A stretch of 63,810 nucleotides of DNA, counting the filler, from Craspedostauros australis (lineage: Eukaryota): assembly GCA_030167865.1 (NCBI GenBank). It is 11 parts of 11 records of this genome, joined end to end, with 100 filler letters (N's around TTAATTAATTAA, not from the genome) between each part and the next. Parts side by side here need not be neighbours in the genome. Positions count along the whole stretch, not along the records: positions 22,485 to 25,101 come from JALAGF010004134.1; positions 25,202 to 26,900 come from JALAGF010004135.1; positions 27,001 to 28,698 come from JALAGF010004136.1; positions 28,799 to 46,767 come from JALAGF010004137.1; 7 more parts are not named here. One strand, written 5' to 3'. Positions 22,748 to 33,071 of the stretch are shown here, piece after piece. A model generated the notes under the pieces. It was not told the DNA's origin and ran no database searches. It was given only the letters and a program-made list of their open reading frames with translations. How positions within the stretch are numbered: the first letter of the stretch is position 1; every line of letters starts with the position of its first letter. The position numbers were made by a program, and so were the translations under genes.

Positions 22748-24211
22748 TTATTTCGCTTCCTCGGCAGCGCCGTCGCTCTCAGCCACCCTGGAGGATGTGA
22801 TGGAACGCACGAAGCGCAACAGCGCGACGCGATCCATGTACGAATCCACCTGCACAGCCCCCTCGTCTTCATCCACAACCTTGTACAACTCCATCATGGA
22901 CATGCCACCATATTCATCATCACCTCCATCGGCCACCATTCCCTCACTGCAAAGGACATGAATGTCTCCCATCAGTTGATGATGTGGAATCAGCTTGCTG
23001 AAATCTGGATGAGCAAGTAATGTCTGCATGTTTTGAGCTGCCATCCTCGTTGCCGCGTCTTTCAGCAGTGCACAGTCATGCTGATCGGCGAATATCAATG
23101 TATGCACCATGGTGTCCTGTGTGAGATGCTTGCGGGCCAACTCCGCTTCAACAACAAGCTTGAGTCGCCAGAAGCCGAACTCGTTGGCCACAAGGACCAG
23201 CTGTTGCAGATCGCCCTGTCCATTGAAGGAGCGGGGTGGCTGGTCCGTGCTATCAGGATCAGTGTCGTCACGAGTGTTGTTGCTGAAGGATATCTCACCT
23301 ATGTAGATGCATTGGAGGTTATGTTGGACGTGTTTTGGTTGAAGGTTGGGAAGAGAGACGGTTGCTTGCATGGGGGCCGCGTAGTCTTCTGTGCCATCAT
23401 TCGTGTGGTGATGTTGGATTCCTATGTCGATCAGTATCTCAATGGAGGGGAGGGTGATCATTAGGACTTCGGAGTTTGCCTTGATTGGTTACTGTTCGTC
23501 GTCCTGTCCACACAAGAAGACGGAATCTGTCCNNNNNNNNNNNNNNNNNNNNNNNNNNNNNNNNNNNNNNNNNNNNNNNNNNNNNNNNNNNNNNNNNNNN
23601 NNNTTGTGTTCATTCTCTTGCCTCTTTCGCTTCAACTGCTGTCTCAACTGTTGTTGTGGTTGTTCATTTGCTTGTTCCTTCTGTTCCTTCAGGTTCAACT
23701 GCTGCCCCAACTGTTGTTGCAGCTGTTCCTTCTCTGGCTCATTCTGTTGTGAGCGTTGTTGCGGTTGTTGCGGTTGTTGCAGTTGTGGGCGAACTGAAGG
23801 CGAAAGTCCTCTAATGAGGTACTCGATACACTTCAGCTGGTTGTTGTGGCATGCCCAATGAAAGGGAGTGTCACCATTGTTGTTTTGGCAGTTGGCGTCA
23901 GCTCCACACGATTTCATGAGGTACTCGATACACTCCAGGTGGCCAAAGCGGCATGCTGCATGAAGGGGAGTGAAGCCTTTGCTGGTTTTGCAGTTGGCAT
24001 TGGCCCCACATGATTCGATGAGGTACTGCACACACTCCAGGTGGCCATTGCAGCATGCCCAAAAAAGGGGAGTCCAACCAAGCCAGTCTGGAACCTTGTT
24101 GATGTCAACTCCTTCATCTTGCGTCTCGTTCTGCTTCTTCCATTCCTTCAACACCGACAAGCCACCTACCCTGGCAGCACGAAGGAGTTGTTGGTCAGTG
24201 ACATTCGGCAT
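22748..24211 (-). pseudogene. Ankyrin + Gln-rich linker + BTB/BACK-like gene with in-frame TAA at 23491..23489 (spans an N gap)
   Basis: About 3 ANK repeats (GWTPLFWACCNGHLECVQYL...). After the gap the frame reads TDSVFLCGQDDEQ*PIKANSEVLMITLPSIEIL...LVLVANEFGFWRLKLVVEAEL...LIFADQHDCALLKDAA, i.e. a BTB start interrupted by a stop, followed by SPOP-like BACK helices. Confidence 0.6.
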
Positions 24212-24628
24212 TTTGAGGGGATGGTCGATGGCGTTGGATTGGCTGCCAAGGAAGTGTGCAGTTTGAGCTATCTATGGCAGAGATATCGATCATGTGTCTT
24301 CAATAGCTTGTATTAGTATTCGGATGAGTACCATGCACTGTGTGGTATCTCGATGTCTGTTGCTGATGTGCTCGAGTATGGGAGTAAATGGTGTGTGTTG
24401 TCGTGGGTGTTTCGAATGCGATCCCGAGGTCCCGTCACTCAAACGAGTCGTACGAGTGAAGAGCGATTCGCGACTCCACTTTGTCGCGTGTGTGTGTATC
24501 CTTGACTCAGAAATGTTCGCCATTTGCGTTCGCTGAGATTCTCCCTCGAGAAGGCAACAACACACATCACGCAAACTTCGACCCACGATACCCAAACACG
24601 ATACGTACTCTCCTCGAGAGTAAACATC

Positions 24629-25101
24629 ATGCAACTCCCTTGCTCTACGATGATCAGATCGCATTGCCTCGTCGCGTGCTATGCGTTCGCATGCTGTCTG
24701 TCAACAAGCATTGCGTTTGTTCCTTCATTGCCTTCATGACCTTCGTCAGCTTCGATAGTAGGTCATGAGACTCATGGGGATGCTGGTGCTTGCGTCGCTC
24801 GGAGACTTCCTTCATTGCGCCTGGCAGCCAAGCAAGAGATCTCATTTGATGCGCTGGACGGAAAGAATGTCCTGGTGGTCGGTGAATCAGGACGTGTGGG
24901 CGGAAGCGTCGTGACGCAGCTGCTGAAGCGAGGATCGGCGGTCACCGTGGGTGGCACCAGCATCGATTCCTTCCTCGCGGCGCAGCAACGCTGGCGCACC
25001 AGCTTCCCCAATCTGCCGGTGGACGATGTGCAATTCCAGGCTCTGGACCGCGAGGAGGAGCAATCCGTCGCATCGGTGCTGCAGCGGGGCAGCTACGATA
25101 T
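24629..25101 (+). pseudogene. Plastid-targeted NAD(P)-binding Rossmann (saccharopine dehydrogenase-like) protein, 3'-truncated by contig end, with in-frame TGA at 24737..24739
   Basis: Signal peptide ending STSIA-FVP (ASAF-like), then S-rich transit peptide containing TGA, continuing in the same frame into KNVLVVGESGRVGGSVVTQLL. Confidence 0.6.
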
Positions 25102-25201
25102 NNNNNNNNNNNNNNNNNNNNNNNNNNNNNNNNNNNNNNNNNNNNTTAATTAATTAANNNNNNNNNNNNNNNNNNNNNNNNNNNNNNNNNNNNNNNNNNN
25201 N

Positions 25202-26900
25202 GCCGGCCCCGTAGGACCGGGTTTCGAGCGAGCCGTCGAACACCTGAATCATGCTAGGCCCAGCCAGTGACTCATCAGCCGCCGTTCACTCTGCATGGTG
25301 CGTGCCCGTCGCCGGGCAGCCACCCTAGAATGCACCTCCTGCATGTCATGTATCCACTGCCGCATCTGCGACTCCGTTCCGTATTCCATTTGATAGCCCT
25401 CCCGCAGGAGAACCATCTCTGACTCGTTCATGTCCTGGCTGGCGCTTGCCGCGATCCGCCGCACTTGTCTCCGCAGCTCTGCCAATGACGGGTGCTGCTC
25501 GCCGTCGTGCACCTTCTCGTTGCGCGCCACCCACACGCCCCAGGGAACTTTCCAAACCCACCGGACCACTTCCTTCGTCCATGCTGCCGCGTCCGGGAAG
25601 ACGCATTCGTGATGCTCCATCCATTGAGACTGCTGTTTCCGCCAATCCTTATGTAGGAACCCCAGCAACAAGGGGTACCACCCAATGTCTCCTTGGGTAC
25701 TCTGCGGCTTCTGGCGTCGCCGCCAGCGGGCCATTCCTACCCTCATTCCTGACACCAGCCTTGGGGCTGACCCAATCGTCACCATACGGTCGATAAGTGC
25801 TTTGGTCGCAAGGTTCCACGCTGTCTCGTGCTCCTTACAGCGCAGGACGTGCTGTGTCGTCTCCACGGCGCCACAGAACTGGCAGGTGGAGGACTCTTGC
25901 TGGCCCATTTGCTGCATCTTTCGCCCGACACCCACAAAACCGGAGGACCACTTCGTAACGAATTTCGACATGGCCTGGTTCTTCCTTGCTGCTCGAGCGC
26001 CTTGGTATACGTCCCAGTCAACTTGTCTTGTTGCACCCTTCGTCCACTCGAACTTCTTCTTCCAGTATCGAAGAGAGTCAGACGCCTGCAGCGTCTTGTA
26101 GAGCTCACTTTGACCCACGTGGGAGTAGTGTTGATCGCTGACTGTTAGGGTCCATCGGCCTGTTGCTGACGACCACTGCCGTGCTCGTCGTCTAGAGACT
26201 GTCGCTCCCCAAAACGCCTTGGCGCGTTTGTCGCATTCCACGTTGAGCTTCTCCAGCATCGTAAGGTCCTTACCCGTGTCGTCTTGGTGTCCTCGAACCC
26301 ACACCCATTTGAGGGTCGCCCGTATGCGTTGCCTCAACCGGCGTATTTCGACGAGAACGTCCCAGTCGCGTTGGCCTGGACTGATGGAGTCGGATTGGGC
26401 TTGACGGAGGGCCTGAAGACCGTCGAGTGCCAGCGTCACTGTGCACNNNNNNNNNNNNNNNNNNNNNNNNNNNNNNNNNNNNNNNNNNNNNNNNNNNNCC
26501 GGCGAGTTCGCTGCGGTAAGAGCTGTGGACCGACGCTGGGCCTGGCACAAAGGTATTACACGCCACGTGTTGTTGGGAACGAAGGTCGAACATTATGGAG
26601 CAAGAGGTGCCCCTTGCATCCTTGAACGACCCGTCGCTCACCACCACCAGCTTGTGGTTTCTCGCCGCCTCCAGCATCTGGCCAAATTCGGCATCCCCTC
26701 CGAGATCTTCCACCGGATCGTAGCTCGATGGCTGTGCATCCGGCTCACGATGTAGACCAATCCTGCGGTCCCAAGTGATCCCTCGTTCGGTGATGACGAC
26801 CGACACCCGATGAACAAGCTCCGGGAGACCCTGGACGGATCCTTGTAGCCGGTACATGGCCTGCCTTGTCCGGCGTCTGGTCACCGGCACGAACACCCGT
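25202..26900 (-). mobile_element. Non-LTR retrotransposon (LINE) 3' part: RNase H + CCHC zinc knuckle
   Basis: RNase H motifs VVSDGS, SSYRSEL, LALDG, WVWVRGHQDD, NVECDKRAK; C-terminal CQFCGAVETTQHVLRC; ORF stop at 25249; internal N gap 26447..26498. Confidence 0.8.
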
Positions 26901-27000
26901 NNNNNNNNNNNNNNNNNNNNNNNNNNNNNNNNNNNNNNNNNNNNTTAATTAATTAANNNNNNNNNNNNNNNNNNNNNNNNNNNNNNNNNNNNNNNNNNNN

Positions 27001-28039
27001 TGGAATGCGACAAACGCGCCAAGGCGTTTTGGGGAGCGACAGTCTCTAGACGACGAGCACGGCAGTGGTCGTCAGCAACAGGCCGATGGACCCTAACAGT
27101 CAGCGATCAACACTACTCCCACGTGGGTCAAAGTGAGCTCTACAAGACGCTGCAGGCGTCTGACTCTCTTCGATACTGGAAGAAGAAGTTCGAGTGGACG
27201 AAGGGTGCAACAAGACAAGTTGACTGGGACGTATACCAAGGCGCTCGAGCAGCAAGGAAGAACCAGGCCATGTCGAAATTCGTTACGAAGTGGTCCTCCG
27301 GTTTTGTGGGTGTCGGGCGAAAGATGCAGCAAATGGGCCAGCAAGAGTCCTCCACCTGCCAGTTCTGTGGCGCCGTGGAGACGACACAGCACGTCCTGCG
27401 CTGTAAGGAGCACGAGACAGCGTGGAACCTTGCGACCAAAGCACTTATCGACCGTATGGTGACGATTGGGTCAGCCCCAAGGCTGGTGTCAGGAATGAGG
27501 GTAGGAATGGCCCGCTGGCGGCGACGCCAGAAGCCGCAGAGTACCCAAGGAGACATTGGGTGGTACCCCTTGTTGCTGGGGTTCCTACATAAGGATTGGC
27601 GGAAACAGCAGTCTCAATGGATGGAGCATCACGAATGCGTCTTCCCGGACGCGGCAGCATGGACGAAGGAAGTGGTCCGGTGGGTTTGGAAAGTTCCCTG
27701 GGGCGTGTGGGTGGCGCGCAACGAGAAGGTGCACGACGGCGAGCAGCACCCGTCATTGGCAGAGCTGCGGAGACAAGTGCGGCGGATCGCGGCAAGCGCC
27801 AGCCAGGACATGAACGAGTCAGAGATGGTTCTCCTGCGGGAGGGCTATCAAATGGAATACGGAACGGAGTCGCAGATGCGGCAGTGGATACATGACATGC
27901 AGGAGGTGCATTCTAGGGTGGCTGCCCGGCGACGGGCACGCACCATGCAGAGTGAACGGCGGCTGATGAGTCACTGGCTGGGCCTAGCATGATTCAGGTG
28001 TTCGACGGCTCGCTCGAAACCCGGTCCTACGGGGCCGGC
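27001..28039 (+). mobile_element. Second, inverted representation of the same LINE 3' end (matches reverse complement of 25202..26240)
   Basis: End points match exactly and all overlapping ORF translations are identical; ORF ends at 27992. Confidence 0.85.
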
Positions 28040-28105
28040 AGAGGTGAGGGTAAAGCGTACAGGGCACATTTCTAATGTAATCATTGAGTTACTATTAACG
28101 GGAAC

Positions 28106-28564
28106 ATGAAACCTGTCCTGCTGTTGAAGTTTGAAGTGCAAATGGAAAGCAACCCCCACACTAAAAACGGGGAGAACAACACCGTAGGCACATTTGCGAT
28201 GGCATCAGTGGTCCAACAAGCTGATCACGTCGCGCAAGCCATCACGCGTACATCCCACCACAAGACTGCCAACNCAGGTAGGTTCGCGACGGCCGCCGAA
28301 GCAAAAACGGATTTCGACTTGTCTGCCCCAGAGAATACCATTCCAGAAGGAGATGACATGAGTGATGACAACAGTGACGACAGCGAGGAGGACAGCGAAG
28401 AAGATAGCAAGGATGGTAGCAGCAAAGAAGCGCATGAAAAGCAGGCATCCAAGTTAGTAGCCAAGAACAGCAGTGATGCCGAATCAGGTGGGTCCGACCT
28501 CATGGACACCAACAACCCAACAGGCAGCATCCCCCAGAATGCAAGCCAAGAGCAAACAAAGTAA
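28106..28564 (+). CDS. Hypothetical acidic low-complexity ORF immediately after the LINE end (possibly TE-derived)
   Basis: 152-aa ATG-started ORF with D/E/S-rich tract; no domain recognised. Confidence 0.25.
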   Translation: MKPVLLLKFEVQMESNPHTKNGENNTVGTFAMASVVQQADHVAQAITRTSHHKTANXGRFATAAEAKTDFDLSAPENTIPEGDDMSDDNSDDSEEDSEEDSKDGSSKEAHEKQASKLVAKNSSDAESGGSDLMDTNNPTGSIPQNASQEQTK

Positions 28565-28798
28565 GAGTGACTAGTATATACGTGGGAAGGAAGGGACTCA
28601 GCAAAAATCCAGCAACAAAGAAACCACAGGCACAGCCCCAACGAGAACGGCAGAAAACAAGCCAACACTATCAACAGGCAACAATAGGAACAGCAACANN
28701 NNNNNNNNNNNNNNNNNNNNNNNNNNNNNNNNNNNNNNNNNNTTAATTAATTAANNNNNNNNNNNNNNNNNNNNNNNNNNNNNNNNNNNNNNNNNNNN

Positions 28799-31099
28799 AC
28801 AAGATCATCGTCCAAGTCCTCACTCAGACCAAGATCCAACAGCAGGACATCCAGAGGATCCATCCGTCCTCCACTCAACGTCACCTTCCATCAAAACGTC
28901 GTGTCAAATGTCATGAAGTACGATGACGTGAACATCGGTGATGACGGTGTCATCGACAATATCGACCACGGTGCTACATACAACCACAGTGATGGCCACA
29001 ACGATGACGATGATGACGATGACTCCCTTGTGTGTCTCCCCGGGATGGACACAGAGCTGGAGAAGATGTCCCAAGCGGCCGTGAACAGCATCGCTGACAC
29101 CATCAAGTCAGAGCTCGAGAATGAACGCGTCGACCAAGACGACTCCCCGTCCACGGGAGACGCCGAGGATGAGGATGAGGAGAGCGAGCATCCCATGGAT
29201 GAGATAGAGATGATGGAGATGATGCAGAAGAAGGAGGTCGATGCAGCCGCAGAGCAGCTTTGGCAAGAAGAGACCAACAAGCTGGTGGACAAGCACGCAC
29301 CTCGAGGATGCAGAAGGATCGATGCAAAGCGTGCAGCTGTCAGCTCGGGCCCAAGCTCGAACTCGAACTCAAAGCCTGACCCTCGCACCAATCTTCACTC
29401 AGATGAGGGTGTGAGTGAAAGCGTGAGCGCGAGACCCAAGACAAAGATCAGTCGCAAAGATGTCGTCGCAATGGCTCATGCTGTTGTGAATAGATACTCC
29501 AATGACCCACCACCGCGGATGGGCATGCCTCCATCGACGGCAGATGCTGGAAAGGATGGAAACGAACGCATTGCGGCCAGTGGTGAGAAGACGACCAACA
29601 ACACAAACAAGAACACCATCACAAACACAATCACAAACACGGGCATGGATACGGAGCAATCGTTCAACTCCATCGAGAACGGACCCAACTTCTTCCATGC
29701 CTTCCCCACCACCTTCGACCAATCGACAGACACCGATTCTGACGATGTCCCTCCATCGCCGCCACCAGTAGCGACAGCAACAGCAACTACTACAGCAACA
29801 GCAACAGAAGAGGCGCAAACAAAAAACACAATGGATCACAACGACACTCCCTTCGATCATGGGATCCAAGCCACACCAACCACCGCGAACGAGACCACAG
29901 ATGTTCCCACCCCCAACAGCAGTCCCAACAACAGCAGCAGAAACAATGACAACAACGCCACCACCACCACCAACAACAACAACAGATATGACAGTGAGAG
30001 TCAGAACATTGACGGAGATGGTGATGGTGATGGTACTCCTGTCAAGCACGATGATGTGGACGATGATGTGGACGGCCACAATCGCAACCAGAATCGTGCG
30101 GTGTTGAATTCCCTCGTCGTGTCGGGAGGAGATCAAGGAGAGACGCATGAGATCAGCCGTCACTCCGTCCCAAACAAGGACGACGAAGTCAACGTCAACA
30201 CCAACAGTACCTCCATCACCGCCCCCAATAGCGAAAGCACCACCACCACCAACATCATCATCACAACCAACGACGTAACCGAGTGCGGAACATTCGAACA
30301 ACCCATTCTGCTGGATGACAGCGATGAAGACGATGAAGATGGTGACGACAACACCGATGTTAAACAGCAACCACAGACACAGCAGCAAGAACAACAACGA
30401 CAACAACATGACGGGTTTGCGCAAAACACCCAAGAACTTGATGACCTCAACATGGTCAGCTCTGAGTCCTTCGACCGTTTCTTCGCTGCCGAATTCGCAT
30501 CGGCTGATGATGCGAACGTCATCGATCTGTCCGATGAGCTGAGCCAGCAAGAGACCCTCCTTGAACAGGTCCATACCCACATCAGCGAGCAGTCTGCTGT
30601 GTCCAAGATGGCAGAATCAGCCATGCTCGCAACGTCGATGTCGAGGTCGAACTCTCCCATCCCAACCGCTCCATCCAAGCCAAGGCGATCCAGAGCATCA
30701 CTGCCACCATTGCCGCCACCTGTCCAGCGATCGAAGATCCTCAAGATGATGGACAGCAGCATCCCCACCCTCAGAAGCAGCAGCAACAACAACAAGTGCA
30801 AGGATCAGGATCTGATGGAAGAGCCCTTGTCGGCCCACTCGCCCTTGCTCACCCAATCCGAAACGAGTGATGCGATTGACACGTTGAGCACCTCGAGCAG
30901 CAGCAAGCGACGTCCCAGCCGTCTGCATCAACGATACCTGCAGCTTCGCAGTGGACGAATGGGTAGGTTCGTTGGCTTGGTGTCGAAGATCCCCACCGCC
31001 AAAGGCAGCGACAAGTCGAAGCGCAAGAAGAAGCGCGAGGCTGCCCTGAAGCACATCCAGATTATGAAGATGAAGGGCAAGAGCAGTGGTGTGGTCTGA
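28799..31099 (+). CDS. Large disordered acidic/Asn-Thr-rich protein, 3' part (same gene as 46868..49224 and 49325..52770)
   Basis: Open from the contig edge; translation identical to the other two copies; supplies the basic C-terminus ...KRKKKREAALKHIQIMKMKGKSSGVV*. Confidence 0.7.
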   Translation, partial: TRSSSKSSLRPRSNSRTSRGSIRPPLNVTFHQNVVSNVMKYDDVNIGDDGVIDNIDHGATYNHSDGHNDDDDDDDSLVCLPGMDTELEKMSQAAVNSIADTIKSELENERVDQDDSPSTGDAEDEDEESEHPMDEIEMMEMMQKKEVDAAAEQLWQEETNKLVDKHAPRGCRRIDAKRAAVSSGPSSNSNSKPDPRTNLHSDEGVSESVSARPKTKISRKDVVAMAHAVVNRYSNDPPPRMGMPPSTADAGKDGNERIAASGEKTTNNTNKNTITNTITNTGMDTEQSFNSIENGPNFFHAFPTTFDQSTDTDSDDVPPSPPPVATATATTTATATEEAQTKNTMDHNDTPFDHGIQATPTTANETTDVPTPNSSPNNSSRNNDNNATTTTNNNNRYDSESQNIDGDGDGDGTPVKHDDVDDDVDGHNRNQNRAVLNSLVVSGGDQGETHEISRHSVPNKDDEVNVNTNSTSITAPNSESTTTTNIIITTNDVTECGTFEQPILLDDSDEDDEDGDDNTDVKQQPQTQQQEQQRQQHDGFAQNTQELDDLNMVSSESFDRFFAAEFASADDANVIDLSDELSQQETLLEQVHTHISEQSAVSKMAESAMLATSMSRSNSPIPTAPSKPRRSRASLPPLPPPVQRSKILKMMDSSIPTLRSSSNNNKCKDQDLMEEPLSAHSPLLTQSETSDAIDTLSTSSSSKRRPSRLHQRYLQLRSGRMGRFVGLVSKIPTAKGSDKSKRKKKREAALKHIQIMKMKGKSSGVV

Positions 31100-32086
31100 G
31101 AGAGTTTTGTTTGTCTTGGAGATTGTGTGAATGTATGAACGGGTTACTCCACTTACTCCAACGGGCGTGGAGAGTTTCACCTCGTCGTGGCTGACAGATG
31201 AATGATTCCTCCGAAGAAGCTCAAACGCAAAGCCGACTCCGTTCAATCTCAATCAACACAACAGCGTCAACCGCAACGTTCAGTTCACCAACATATCATG
31301 TAGTAGTCTCGCACATACCTGCATGCAAGGAAATGGAATAAAATAATGCATAGTCTCCTCCAAGTTTGGAAGATTCAATGATGTATCAGCACCACATGGC
31401 GAATTTGTTCATCTGTTTGTTCAATCTCTGCGATCGCAAGAGTCATGTATCTTCATTTGTGTCCATACGGGACTGATAATTATTCACGAACGATCATCAA
31501 CACGCCTCTCTTTGCGCAAAAAGGTGGCAGACAAAACACAACAGAAGAACAATTACCGATGACGGTGCGTGCTGTGGAGGCTCTTCGGCAAATGGGGCCG
31601 ACCAACAGCGACGAGGATCTTGTCCATCAACACCAACAAGAAACAAAAAAAGAGCGCGAGGAGCGAGAGAGGCAGAGCAACACTGGCCCACTCTGATACA
31701 TTTTCATTGCAGCCACACCTTCACGACAACCATCGCGCCAGGCAAAGGATAGTGCAGGGTATCCAAAGTATAATACTTTCAGCCTGCATCGATCGCGCAC
31801 CAAAGTGAGTTGCAGACACTTCGCGCCGATCGTTCGTTGCGTGGAGATCAACTGTAGCGCACAACTGGGCCGCTCCACATGGCAATGGTGTGTGTGTGTG
31901 CAGGCGGTTCGATCATTTAATACCATTCTCGCTTTCCCTGCCTCTTTGCTCCATTCGGTCAAACATGTGCACAGCAAAGTCCAATTCAATCCTTGCTTCA
32001 CTTGCACTCTCATTAATTCATTTCACTCACGCAATTACTCGTCCGTCCGCTTGTGTCTAAACCTTCCATGATTTCTGCCGAGAAGA

Positions 32087-32917
32087 ATGTCCCGCACAGT
32101 AATCACGAACGGAGACACGCACCTGCATCGTGCTTGCAGATCGGGGAAATTGGCGAAAGTCCGCTGGTTGATTAGAGAAGGGAGGGAGGCGGACTTAGCG
32201 GCCAGGAACTCGAAAGGCAATACGCCGCTCCATTGTGCTTGTCGGGACGGCGCCCATCAAGTTGTGAAATATCTCCTCGACTTGGCCAAAGCCGACGCCG
32301 CAAAATACAACATTGATGTCAACGTCCAAGACAAATACGGATATACACCGCTTCATTACGCTTGCGAGCACGGGCATGTTGATGTGGTGAAGCACCTGAT
32401 CAACTTCAAGCAAAACAGCGACAGCGAAGACAACAACGAAAGGGGAAGCAGCAACAGCGACAGCAATAGCAACCGCGTCCGCATCAACCTACAAGACCTC
32501 GCCGGCGCAACGCCCCTTCACTACGCTTGCGTAGTTGGACAAGTTGATGTGGTGAATTGCCTGCTCGATTTCAGCTGTGCCAACAAGCATGCCAATGTTC
32601 GTCTTGACATCCAAGACGAGGACGGCTGCACTCTGCTTCATCATGCTTGCTTTCATGGCCAAACGAATGTGGTAGAGTCTCTGCTCGATTTCAACTTCAC
32701 CAACGACAACTCCGATGTCGGTATCAATAAAACAGATAACGATGGGCACACAGCACTTCACTTTGCCATCGATGGCGACGATGAAAGTGCCGTGGAGAGC
32801 CTGCTCCGATCCGATCGCATGCGCGAGACGAATATCACCAAAGCGGGTATCAAACTTGCTGGCGTGGCAAGGAGGCATCATCCGTTTCACGAAATTGGCT
32901 CCTATTGCGGGAGGTAG
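32087..32917 (+). CDS. Ankyrin repeat protein (about 6 repeats)
   Basis: GNTPLHCAC, GYTPLHYAC, GATPLHYAC, GCTLLHHAC, GHTALHFA. Confidence 0.88.
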   Translation: MSRTVITNGDTHLHRACRSGKLAKVRWLIREGREADLAARNSKGNTPLHCACRDGAHQVVKYLLDLAKADAAKYNIDVNVQDKYGYTPLHYACEHGHVDVVKHLINFKQNSDSEDNNERGSSNSDSNSNRVRINLQDLAGATPLHYACVVGQVDVVNCLLDFSCANKHANVRLDIQDEDGCTLLHHACFHGQTNVVESLLDFNFTNDNSDVGINKTDNDGHTALHFAIDGDDESAVESLLRSDRMRETNITKAGIKLAGVARRHHPFHEIGSYCGR

Positions 32918-33071
32918 ACTTCGGGTATTGTGTATGTAACATGAATTCGACGCTATTTAGATGCGCTTTCCTGCACGTGGTCGTCTGGCGAAATGGCAGA
33001 TCAGATGCTGTCGTGACCAGACCTGACTTTCGTTGGCATGTTCTTTTGCTCCGGCGTTGGCGCCCTCTGTC

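Noticed and set aside
25202..28039. Large inverted repeat resembling a foldback or TIR element
   Set aside because: The arms are on different contigs separated by an artificial spacer and end at contig edges, so this is redundant assembly of a repeat.
27963..28060. Hammerhead-like words CUGAUGA...GAAAC...GGGUA at the LINE 3' end
   Set aside because: Stem II (GUC versus CUC) and stem I do not pair, and CUGAUGA lies within the coding sequence (R-L-M-S).
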